Assembly: GCA_963775125.1 (NCBI GenBank)
Contig: CAVZHQ010000006.1
Coordinates: forward strand, 65,663 to 129,662
Length of the DNA: 64,000 nucleotides
Source: an uncultured Acidimicrobiales bacterium
GTDB lineage: Bacteria; Actinomycetota; Acidimicrobiia; Acidimicrobiales; SZUA-35
Direction of reading: 5' to 3'
Made by a program: the position numbers and the translations under genes
Notes under the pieces: generated by a model
The model's database searches: none
What the model was told of the DNA's origin: nothing
What the model saw: only the letters and a program-made list of their open reading frames with translations
Part shown: in pieces, positions 1 to 8,064 of the stretch
Layout: the number at the start of each line of letters is the position of its first letter
Position numbering within the stretch: position 1 is the first letter of the stretch

Positions 1-814
1 CTTCGAGGAGCTGTACGCCTCGTCGGGCTTCCGCATCTGGCAGGGAAACTTTCGAGATGTCCTGATGCGCGAAGAGGCCAACGAGGAGTTCAGCGCGTTC
101 GTGGCCGGCAAGATCCGTGAGCGGGTGAACGATCCGGTCCTCGCCGAGAAGCTGGTCCCCAAGGACCACGGGTTCGGCACACGACGCGTCCCGATGGAGA
201 CCGGATATTACGAGGCCTACAACCGCCCGAACGTCCATCTCGTCGACCTGAACGAGACGCCGATCTCGTCGATCACCGAGACCGGAGTCCAGACGTCGGA
301 CCACCTCTACGAGGTCGACGTGATCGTGTACGCGACCGGCTTCGACGCAGTCACCGGAGCGTTCGACGCCATCGAGTTCGTCGGCGTCGGCGGCCAGACG
401 CTGCGGGAGAAGTGGGCGAAGGGCCCAGTGACCTACCTGGGCATCCAGGCGGCCGGGTTTCCCAACCTGTTGATGGTGGCCGGGCCGCAAGCCGGCTCGG
501 GCTTCACCAACTTCGGGCGCGGCATCGAGGAGGCCGTCGACTGGTTGACCGCGCTCTTCGAACACCTCCGGGCGGAGGGGACCATCAGGGTCGACACGAC
601 CCCAGAGGCCGAGCAGGAATGGGTGCAGCACGTCCGTGACATGTACGACCTCGTCCTCCTCGGCAAGGTCAAGTCGTGGTTCACGGGTTACAACTCGAAC
701 CTGGACGACCGTGACGAAATGCGCCCCGTGGCCTACAACGGCGGCGCGCCCCGCTACCGGATGCGCCTCGCCGAAGTCGCCGACAAGGGCTACGAAGGCT
801 TCGTCCTCGCCTGA
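1..814 (+). CDS. Baeyer-Villiger-type flavin monooxygenase, C-terminal part (5' end outside the window)
   Basis: The frame is open from base 2 (FEELYASSGFRIWQGNF..) and runs into listed ORF 65..814. The YATGFDAVTGAF, GFPNLLMVAGPQ and WFTGYNSN segments are typical of cyclohexanone-monooxygenase-like BVMOs. Confidence 0.8.
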   Translation, partial: FEELYASSGFRIWQGNFRDVLMREEANEEFSAFVAGKIRERVNDPVLAEKLVPKDHGFGTRRVPMETGYYEAYNRPNVHLVDLNETPISSITETGVQTSDHLYEVDVIVYATGFDAVTGAFDAIEFVGVGGQTLREKWAKGPVTYLGIQAAGFPNLLMVAGPQAGSGFTNFGRGIEEAVDWLTALFEHLRAEGTIRVDTTPEAEQEWVQHVRDMYDLVLLGKVKSWFTGYNSNLDDRDEMRPVAYNGGAPRYRMRLAEVADKGYEGFVLA

Positions 815-872
815 GCAGCGTTCAATCAGCGTCTCACCAGCTCGTTCTGCACGACCAGCGCTACCCAGCCCC

Positions 873-920
873 GTTCTGCAAGACCCGCCCCCCCGGAGGG
901 GGGCGGCGGGCTTGCAGAAC
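873..920 (+). terminator. Long GC-rich hairpin 59 nt after the monooxygenase stop; candidate intrinsic terminator without an obvious U-tract
   Basis: GTTCTGCAAG(A)CCCGCC.. at 873-894 pairs with ..GGCGGCGGGCTTGCAGAAC at 898-920, giving a stem of about 21 bp with small bulges and a short loop. Confidence 0.45.
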
Positions 921-1024
921 GGAGCTGAGGTGGCTGGAGCTTGCAGAACGCTGGTGGCGGGGGTCGGTGGCGGGGGTTCTCGGTGGGTTGGCCGGGGGTT
1001 CGGTGGGGAATTAGGGTCGCGGAC

Positions 1025-1829
1025 GTGAGCGAACCTACGACTACCGAACAATCCGTCCACCTCGCTGGGGCGCCGATCGACTGGAACAAGACGGTCGACG
1101 ACCTCAACCGGCTGTTGCGGCTGCGGACCACGCCCATCGGCATGAAGATGTTCGAGACCCGGGAGGAGATGGAGGCCATCCCCAAGATCCGACGTCCGAA
1201 GGACATCCACACCACCGACCAGATCGTCGGGATGGCGTGTCGGCTCAACTGGACCGTCGGTATCACCGTCGACGATCTCGTCGGCGCCCAGTGCGGGGCG
1301 GTGCTGGGCCTGCATCCTCGCGACGACGACTGGCTGTCGGGGTCACGCATGAAAGGCGTCTGGTTCGAGACGCTCGAAGACTCGGCCGCCCACCAAGAAG
1401 CCATGCACACCGTGCCCTTCGGTCAGTACCAGGCGATGGCGGTGTCGCCGCTCACGACCGGTCGGCTCGATCCGCCCGACATCTGCCTCATCTACGCCAC
1501 ACCGGCGCAGATGATCCTGCTCATCAACGGTCTGCAGTGGTCGGGATACAAGAACTTCGAGTGGGGCTGCGTCGGTGAGTCGGCGTGCGCCGACTCGTGG
1601 GGTCGAGCGCTGAAACTCCGAGAGCCGAGCGTGTCGATTCCGTGCTTCGCCGAGCGTCGCTACGGCGGCGTGCAGGACGACGAGCTGCTCATGGCCACGC
1701 CGCCGGAGTTCTTGCCAAAGGCCATCGCCGGCCTCGAGGCCCTCTCCCGCAACGGCTTGCGTTATCCGATCCCGAACTACGGCGTCCAGGCCGACGCGCG
1801 CGGCCGGGCTCGGTGTCAGCTATGGCTGA
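1025..1829 (+). CDS. DUF169-family protein (3' end uncertain)
   Basis: Part of ORF 941..2227, with a GTG at 1025 after the G-rich spacer. Sequence up to about 1800 (GMKMFETREEMEAIPKIRRP, ICLIYATPAQMILLINGLQW, CFAERRYGG) looks DUF169-like. Past about 1800 the same frame reads as R/S/T/P-rich nonsense overlapping the next gene. A 1-nt shift near 1795-1800 would end the protein at TGA 1827-1829. Confidence 0.6.
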
Positions 1830-2700
1830 TCCAGTGCTGGATGATCCAGTGCCGGCTGATCCGTCGACCGGCCGACTCGACGGCCGAGTTGCCATCGTCA
1901 CCGGAGGCGCCTCGGGCATCGGCGCTGCGACCGTCGAGCGATTCGTGGCCGAGGGCGCCAAGGTGCTGGTGGCCGACCTCGACACCGACAAGGCCGACGC
2001 TCTCGTCGGTCGTCTCGGGTCGAGTACTGCGTTCCTTCGGACGGACGTCTCGAAGGAAGGTGACGTTGCCGCCATGGTGTCCGAGGCGGTCGACCGATTC
2101 GGGCGCCTCGACGTGCTGTTCAACAACGCCGGGTTCGGCGGAGCGCTCGGTCCGATCGCGCAGACCTCGGTCGACGACTACGACCTCACGTTCGACGTGC
2201 TGCTCAAGTCGGTCTTCCTCGGCGTGAAGTACGCGGCGCCGATCCTGATGGAGCAGGGGAGCGGCAGCGTCATCAACACCGCGTCGGTTGCCGGTCTCCG
2301 CTCGGGCTACGCCCCGCACCTCTACTCGGTCGCCAAGGCCGCGGTCATCGCCATGACCAAGACGTTCGCGCTCGAATTGGCCGATGGTCACGTTCGCTGC
2401 AACGCCATCTGCCCGGGGTTCATCGCCACTCCATTGGCGTTCGGCCGGCCCGACGCCACCGACGAGCAGATCGACAAGATGCGGGTGCGCAGCGAAGGCG
2501 CCCAGCCCCTCGGCCGAGTGGGTGAGCCGTCCGACATCGCCAACATGGCGGTGTTCCTTGCGTCCGACGAGTCGATCTGGATCACGGGCCAGGAGTTCGC
2601 GGTCGACGGTGGCTTCTCGGTCGGCCCCGCGTGGTCGTCGTGGCCCGAACCCTTCCGCACCCACCGTCCCATCCGTCATCACCGCCCACCCGACCGCTGA
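1822..2700 (+). CDS. Short-chain dehydrogenase/reductase (SDR)
   Basis: An ATG at 1822 lies within ORF 1585..2700. Motifs present: VAIVTGGASGIGAAT (TGxxxGIG), NNAG, and YSVAKAAV (YxxxK). Confidence 0.85.
   Translation: MADPVLDDPVPADPSTGRLDGRVAIVTGGASGIGAATVERFVAEGAKVLVADLDTDKADALVGRLGSSTAFLRTDVSKEGDVAAMVSEAVDRFGRLDVLFNNAGFGGALGPIAQTSVDDYDLTFDVLLKSVFLGVKYAAPILMEQGSGSVINTASVAGLRSGYAPHLYSVAKAAVIAMTKTFALELADGHVRCNAICPGFIATPLAFGRPDATDEQIDKMRVRSEGAQPLGRVGEPSDIANMAVFLASDESIWITGQEFAVDGGFSVGPAWSSWPEPFRTHRPIRHHRPPDR
1825..1869. repeat. 15-bp tandem repeat, about 2.5 copies (codes DPVL/DDPVP/ADPST at the SDR N-terminus)
   Basis: Units are gctgatccagtgctg / gatgatccagtgccg / gctgatccgtcgacc. Confidence 0.7.
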
Positions 2701-2709
2701 GGTTCTTGC

Positions 2710-3648
2710 ATGTCCACCCCGATCAAGTTGTCGGTCGAGTTCCCGAGCGTCGCGTCCCGAGAAGGTCCGGCCAAGGTCATCGAGATGGGTCAGGCCATCG
2801 AAGCGCTGGGCTACGACGAGATCGCCATCTTCGATCACGTGGTGATGGGGTACTCGGTCCCTACCCGCCCGGACTCGATGTACCCGCCCCAGATGCCGAT
2901 CCTGGAGGCGTTGACCCTGATGTCGTACTTGGCCGCGGCCACGACGACGGTCGGCTTGTCCACCGAGGTGCTGGTACTGCCGCAGCGTCAGCCGGCCCTG
3001 GTGGCCAAGCAGGTGAGCACGATCGACACCTTGTCCGGCGGTCGGGTCCGGCTGGGGATCGGCGTTGGCTGGCAGCAGTCCGAGTACGACGCACTGCACG
3101 AGAACTTCAACGACCGTGGCAAGCGGATGGACGAGGCGATCGAGCTGCTCCGCCGGTACTGGGGCGACGACCGTATCGACTTCGAGAGCGACGCCTATCC
3201 GACCGAGGCCATGGCCATGGAACCCAAGCCGCCACAGGGTCGAGCATTGCCCCTGTGGATCGGTGGCAACGGCCCCGCGGCCATTCGCCGGGTCGCAACC
3301 GTTGGCGACGGCTGGATGGGTGGCGGGATGAGTAACGCTGCCGCCACCAAGATCGTCGGGGAGATTCGCAACCGGGCCGAAGCAGCCGGACGTGATCCGC
3401 AACAGATCGGCATGCAGATGATGTTGGCGCCGCCGCCCACCGACGCGCAGGGAAAGCAGTTCTACGCCGACCTCGACGCGGTCAGTGCTCGGGCGTCGGA
3501 GATCGCCGGACTCGGGTTCGAATGGTTGGCTGTCAACGCGACGGCGATGTTCCAGAGCGGGTCCCGGAGTGTCGATGCGATGGTCGACCATCTGGGCCGA
3601 CTTCGTGAACGGTTGGCCGCCGACCTCGATCTCGCCGGCCCCGCATGA
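2710..3648 (+). CDS. Luciferase-like (LLM) F420/flavin-dependent oxidoreductase
   Basis: ORF 2710..3648. LGYDEIAIFDHV, GRVRLGIGVGW and LWIGGNGPAAIRR are typical of LLM-class F420-dependent enzymes. Confidence 0.8.
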   Translation: MSTPIKLSVEFPSVASREGPAKVIEMGQAIEALGYDEIAIFDHVVMGYSVPTRPDSMYPPQMPILEALTLMSYLAAATTTVGLSTEVLVLPQRQPALVAKQVSTIDTLSGGRVRLGIGVGWQQSEYDALHENFNDRGKRMDEAIELLRRYWGDDRIDFESDAYPTEAMAMEPKPPQGRALPLWIGGNGPAAIRRVATVGDGWMGGGMSNAAATKIVGEIRNRAEAAGRDPQQIGMQMMLAPPPTDAQGKQFYADLDAVSARASEIAGLGFEWLAVNATAMFQSGSRSVDAMVDHLGRLRERLAADLDLAGPA

Positions 3649-5195
3649 GTTGGGAACCGGAGATCCAAGAGCTTCGCAAACGCGAGGCAATGGCCGAGGA
3701 GTTGGGTGGGCCCGACAAGGTCGAGCGCCAGCACTTCTTCGGCAAGCTCACCGTCCGTGAGCGGTTCGAGCACATCGTCGACAAGGGAACGTTCCACGAG
3801 ATCGGCAAGACCGCGGGCGTCGGTACCTACGACGACGACGGCAACCTGGTGGGGTTCACTCCCTCGAACTTCCTGTTCGGTTTGGCTGAAATCGACGGTC
3901 GCCCGGCGGTCGTTTCGGGCGACGACTTCACCGTTCGCGGCGGCTCGGCCGACGCCACCATTCCGGGCAAGCGCCTGAAGGCCGAGGGCATTGCGTACGA
4001 GATGGCTCTGCCCCACATTCGCCTCGTCGACGGCATGGGTGGCGGTGGTTCGGTCAAGACGATCGAGACTGCGGGCCGGACGTACATCCCGGAGATGAAG
4101 GGATGGGAAGTCATCGTGCAACACCTCGGCGTTGCGCCCTCGGTGTCCCTGGCCCTCGGTTCGGTGGCGGGCATCGGAGCAGCACGCGTGGCCACCTCGC
4201 ACTACTCGGTCATCGTGCGTGAGACCGCCCAGATGATGATCGCCGGACCGGCTCTGGTGAAGCACGCAGCGCTTGGCGACGTGTCGAAGGAGGAACTCGG
4301 TCACGCCAATCTCCATACCTCCAACGGCGCCATCGACGATGCGGTCGACACCGAGGAAGAGGCCTTCTTCCGAGCCCGACAGTTCCTGTACTACCTGCCG
4401 TCGAACGTCTGGGAACTTCCTCCGACGGTCGACAGCGACGACCCCGTCGACCGTCGAGAGGAACGACTCATCTCCGTCGTTCCGCGCAACCCACGCGGCG
4501 CCTACGACATGCGCAGCATTCTTCACGACGTCTTCGACCTCGACTCGTTCTTCGAGATGGGCTGCAACTGGGGGCAGTCGATCATCACCGGACTTGCGCA
4601 CCTCGACGGGCACCCGGTGGCGGTCTTCGCCGAAGACCCCCGGTACTTCGGCGGCGGTTGGACGGCAGACGCCAGCCGCAAGCTCATTCGCTTCGCCGAT
4701 CTGGCGTCGACGTTCCACCTGCCGCTGGTCCACTTCGAAGACTGTCCCGGTTTTGTCATCGGCAAGGCATCCGAGGAGGAGGCGACCATTCGCTTCGGGT
4801 CGGCCGCGTTGGCCGCCGTCGGTCAGTCGACCGTGCCCTTCGCGTGCGTGGTCATCCGCAAAGCGTTCGGCGTTGCCGGGGCAGCCAACAACAAGGTCGG
4901 GACGCACAGCTTCCGATACGCCTGGCCGTCAGGCGACTGGGGTTCGCTGCCCATCGAAGGTGGCATCGAGGTGGCCTACAAGGCGGACCTGGCCGAGAGC
5001 GACGATCCCGAAGGCATGCTGGCCGAGATCACCGAACGACTGAACCGCGTTCGATCACCGCACCGGGCAGCCGAGTTCTTCGAGATCGAGGAGATCATCG
5101 ATCCGCGAGACACTCGGCGCTTGCTCTGTGAGTGGGTGCAGCTCGCCTACCGGACCCTCAAACCGGGGCCGAGTGCGTTCACCTACCGGCCCTGA
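3645..5195 (+). CDS. Acyl-CoA carboxylase carboxyltransferase (beta) subunit family protein
   Basis: ORF 3645..5195, with its ATG overlapping the upstream stop. GDDFTVRGGSADA, HLPLVHFEDCPGF and EIIDPRDTR match the carboxyl transferase domain pattern. Confidence 0.85.
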   Translation: MSWEPEIQELRKREAMAEELGGPDKVERQHFFGKLTVRERFEHIVDKGTFHEIGKTAGVGTYDDDGNLVGFTPSNFLFGLAEIDGRPAVVSGDDFTVRGGSADATIPGKRLKAEGIAYEMALPHIRLVDGMGGGGSVKTIETAGRTYIPEMKGWEVIVQHLGVAPSVSLALGSVAGIGAARVATSHYSVIVRETAQMMIAGPALVKHAALGDVSKEELGHANLHTSNGAIDDAVDTEEEAFFRARQFLYYLPSNVWELPPTVDSDDPVDRREERLISVVPRNPRGAYDMRSILHDVFDLDSFFEMGCNWGQSIITGLAHLDGHPVAVFAEDPRYFGGGWTADASRKLIRFADLASTFHLPLVHFEDCPGFVIGKASEEEATIRFGSAALAAVGQSTVPFACVVIRKAFGVAGAANNKVGTHSFRYAWPSGDWGSLPIEGGIEVAYKADLAESDDPEGMLAEITERLNRVRSPHRAAEFFEIEEIIDPRDTRRLLCEWVQLAYRTLKPGPSAFTYRP

Positions 5196-5231
5196 TCCCT
5201 ACCTCGACGATATTCAAACTAGGTTCGAGAA

Positions 5232-6401
5232 ATGCTCTATCGCAGGACTCGATCGATCGTCGCTGCTGCCGCATTGTTCGCGGTGGTGTTCCAGAGTGCT
5301 CCGGCATTCGCCGCCCCGCCCTTCTGTTCGGACAGCGGCCAGCCGTTTCCCGAGCTGATCAGCTTCGAACGAACGTCCGCTCCGCTCAGCGCCATCGGTC
5401 GGACCGTCACGACGCGGGTCGGGGTGTCGGGCGGTGTGCGGCCGCTCCGGCTCGTCGTCAACTTCCTGAACGGTCCATCGGCTCACGCCGAGGAGAACCG
5501 ATTCATCCTGACCACCGGCGATATCGCCGGCGATGCCGGCACGGGGACGACCTCAGCAGTGGTCCCCGCAGGCCGGGTCCTCGGGGACTACTCGGTGTAC
5601 AACGTCGTGCTATTAGATGCGCAGGGTTGCACGACGATTCACTATCAGGTGACGGACGCGATCGACTACCAGCCAAGGCTGCAGGGCCAGGAGCCACAGA
5701 CCCACACCATTCCTTTCGCCGCTGGATCCCTCACGCTCGTCCCGGCGAGCGATCTGCCGGAAGATCCCGCACGGTGGACCAACGACCAGCGTTACCTGAA
5801 CGCGCTGACGCAGCTCTTCTTCGGCCGCGAGGCAACGGCCGGCGAGATCCAGACCGCAACCTCGAAGCTCGCCCTACTGGGGCGGTTGGGGGTCACCCGG
5901 CAAATGGCGGCGTCGCCGGAGTGGGCGGGTCGCGTCGTCGATGACATCTACCGAGCCGCCCTCGACCGCGATCCCGACGCAGGTGGTCGTGTGTTCTGGA
6001 CCAACCGTCTCCTCAGCGACGGTCGGACCCGAGACGTCGCCATCTCGATCTACGGATCTCCCGAGGCGTACAACGCAGCCGGGGGCACGCCGGCCGGGTT
6101 CGTCGACGAGCTCTACAACCGGATTCTCGGACGGAACCCCGACCCCGCCGGCCGGGCCTACTGGGTGGCAGAGCTGACGAGCGGCAGAGCGCTTCCGCGA
6201 TCCGTCGTCGATTCGTTCTGGGAGTCCACCGAGTTCCGTCGGCAACGGGTCCAGACCGTCTACCACAACGTGCTCGGGCGGCCTGCCGACAGTTCGGGCC
6301 TCACCTACTGGTCCGAGCGGCTCCTGGTCGAGGACGATGTCCACCTCGCTGCCCTCCTCGCCGCCTCCGACGAGTTCTTCGGCAACGCCAATCGAGGCTG
6401 A
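5232..6401 (+). CDS. Secreted protein with C-terminal DUF4214 repeats
   Basis: N-terminal signal-like peptide (IVAAAALFAVVFQSAPAFA). Four repeats of the type IYRAALDRDPDAGGRVFW / LYNRILGRNPDPAGRAYW / VYHNVLGRPADSSGLTYW. Confidence 0.8.
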   Translation: MLYRRTRSIVAAAALFAVVFQSAPAFAAPPFCSDSGQPFPELISFERTSAPLSAIGRTVTTRVGVSGGVRPLRLVVNFLNGPSAHAEENRFILTTGDIAGDAGTGTTSAVVPAGRVLGDYSVYNVVLLDAQGCTTIHYQVTDAIDYQPRLQGQEPQTHTIPFAAGSLTLVPASDLPEDPARWTNDQRYLNALTQLFFGREATAGEIQTATSKLALLGRLGVTRQMAASPEWAGRVVDDIYRAALDRDPDAGGRVFWTNRLLSDGRTRDVAISIYGSPEAYNAAGGTPAGFVDELYNRILGRNPDPAGRAYWVAELTSGRALPRSVVDSFWESTEFRRQRVQTVYHNVLGRPADSSGLTYWSERLLVEDDVHLAALLAASDEFFGNANRG

Positions 6402-6453
6402 ACTGCGACATCCGTCTCCTGTCAGCAGTCGGAAACCCCAATAAGATTCGGCC

Positions 6454-6828
6454 ATGACCGATGCGCCTCCACCGCCTTCTCCGTCGACGTACCAATCATC
6501 GCCTCACCAATCGATCGTCTGCATCACGGCGTCCACCTGGCAGGGTGCCAACTCCGTCCAGTACCTGGGCCTGGTCACGGGAGAGGCGATCCTGGGGGCC
6601 AACGTCTTCAAGGATCTGTTCGCCGGGATCAGGGACATCGTGGGTGGCCGCTCGGCCGCCTACGAGCGAGAGCTCGGTCGGGCCCGTGAGATCGCCATGG
6701 ACGAAATGCGCCAGCAAGCCGCGATGCTCGGCGCCAATGCGGTGATCGCCATCGACCTCGACTACGAAACCGTCGGCCAGTCGATGCTGATGGTGTCAGC
6801 ATCGGGCACCGCGGCGATCGTGCGCTGA
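6454..6828 (+). CDS. YbjQ/UPF0145 family protein
   Basis: ORF 6454..6828. The stretch [33 protein letters not shown]...[16 protein letters not shown] is the YbjQ pattern. Confidence 0.8.
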   Translation: MTDAPPPPSPSTYQSSPHQSIVCITASTWQGANSVQYLGLVTGEAILGANVFKDLFAGIRDIVGGRSAAYERELGRAREIAMDEMRQQAAMLGANAVIAIDLDYETVGQSMLMVSASGTAAIVR

Positions 6829-6831
6829 TCA

Positions 6832-7998
6832 ATGCGGGTCGACGTCCACTTCTACTGCGCGGTACCGATGACCGACGCCGGGCTCGGCGGCCCGGCGTCG
6901 ACTGACCGTCGGTACACCAACGCCGACTACATCGCCTGCTACGAGAACCTCGAGCACTGGGCTCCGGTGGCCGAGTCGCTGGGGTTCGACACGATGTGGC
7001 TCACCGAACACCACTTCCAGTACGAGGGCTACGAAGTCGTCCCCAACCTGATCCAGATGGGCCAGCACTTGGCATCGCTGACCTCCACCCTGCGTTTCGG
7101 GCAGGCGTTCAACGTGGTCCCGCAGTGGCACCCGCTCCGGCTGGCCGAAGACTTCGCCCTGGCCGACATCCTCACCCGGGGCCGGATGGTCTTCGGCGTC
7201 GGCCGCGGCACCGTGCCCCGTGAGGCCGAGACGCTCGGCGCCGTCGTTGCCTCAGGCGACAACGAGATGGCGGCCGACCGAGATCGCCTGAACCGTGAGT
7301 TGTTCGAGGAGGCGATGGAGGTCATCAAGCTCGCTTGGGACAACGAACGCTTCAGCTACACCGGCAAACACTTCGTGTTTCCGCCGCCGGGCATCCCCGA
7401 CCGGGGCAGCACGGTGAAGGATCTCAGCCTCGTACCCCGACCCCTCGGCCCGGTCGAGGTGTTCCAGCCGGTCACCTCACCCGACACGCTCGAGTACGTG
7501 GCCCGCGTCGGCCACACTGCCATCCTGACCGGCGGGCCGGCCGACCGTGTCGGAGTCCAGTGGGATCTGGTCGCCGAGCGGGCCGCGGCTCACGGACGAG
7601 TGCTGGAACCAGGAGAAGGTCGGGCCTTCCACATCAACGCCATCATCGGTCGCACGACGGCCGACGCCATTGCGGTCGGGCGCAACGCCCACGACGAGTA
7701 CGTCAAGTTCCTGTCTCCCTACGGTCGGTTCAAGCACTATCCCGGCTCCGGGTTCCCCGGGAACGCCGAAGGCTTCAACTATCGGCCGACCATCGAAGAG
7801 AGCGCCGAGCTGGGCTCGCTTGCGGTCGGGTCGGTCGAACAGGTCGCCGACCTCCTGGGCGGCATCGCCGAACGCCTCTCGCTTCGCCACCTGATGGTGT
7901 TTCCCGACTTCCCCGGGTTCACCCGCGAGCAGGTGGACGAACAGATGCACCTCCTGGCAACCGAGGTGCTTCCGCGCATCGGCGTGACACTGTCGTGA
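6832..7998 (+). CDS. Luciferase-like (LLM) flavin-dependent oxidoreductase
   Basis: ORF 6832..7998. Contains WLTEHHFQYEGYEVVPN and GRMVFGVGRG. The start may be an internal ATG at 6859. Confidence 0.8.
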   Translation: MRVDVHFYCAVPMTDAGLGGPASTDRRYTNADYIACYENLEHWAPVAESLGFDTMWLTEHHFQYEGYEVVPNLIQMGQHLASLTSTLRFGQAFNVVPQWHPLRLAEDFALADILTRGRMVFGVGRGTVPREAETLGAVVASGDNEMAADRDRLNRELFEEAMEVIKLAWDNERFSYTGKHFVFPPPGIPDRGSTVKDLSLVPRPLGPVEVFQPVTSPDTLEYVARVGHTAILTGGPADRVGVQWDLVAERAAAHGRVLEPGEGRAFHINAIIGRTTADAIAVGRNAHDEYVKFLSPYGRFKHYPGSGFPGNAEGFNYRPTIEESAELGSLAVGSVEQVADLLGGIAERLSLRHLMVFPDFPGFTREQVDEQMHLLATEVLPRIGVTLS

Positions 7999-8049
7999 TG
8001 TTGGCTGTCGTGATGTGGCTGTCGTGATGTTGGCTGTCGTGATGCCGGC
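7991..8049. repeat. Tandem repeat of 15/14/15/15 bp x4 that straddles the LLM stop codon and fills the spacer to the next gene
   Basis: Units are tgtcgtgatgttggc / tgtcgtgatgtggc / tgtcgtgatgttggc / tgtcgtgatgccggc. Confidence 0.95.
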
Positions 8050-8064
8050 TGACCCAGGACCGGG

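Noticed and set aside
1816-3690. Very long ORFs antisense to recognised genes. Examples are 1816..3690(-), 3462..4907(-), 7477..9399(-), 40054..41451(+), 41284..42852(-), 49926..51359(+), 54584..55774(+), 56155..57471(-) and 60941..62071(+).
   Set aside because: Their translations are Arg/Pro/Gly-rich and low in complexity, with no recognisable motifs. The opposite strand or another frame encodes clearly conserved domains. Shadow ORFs of this kind are expected in high-GC DNA.
7991-8049. Possible CRISPR arrays, considered at this site and at the other short tandem repeats.
   Set aside because: The units are 9-15 bp and directly abut one another without spacers. No cas genes are nearby. The Cas4-like nuclease at 35044-35994 stands alone.
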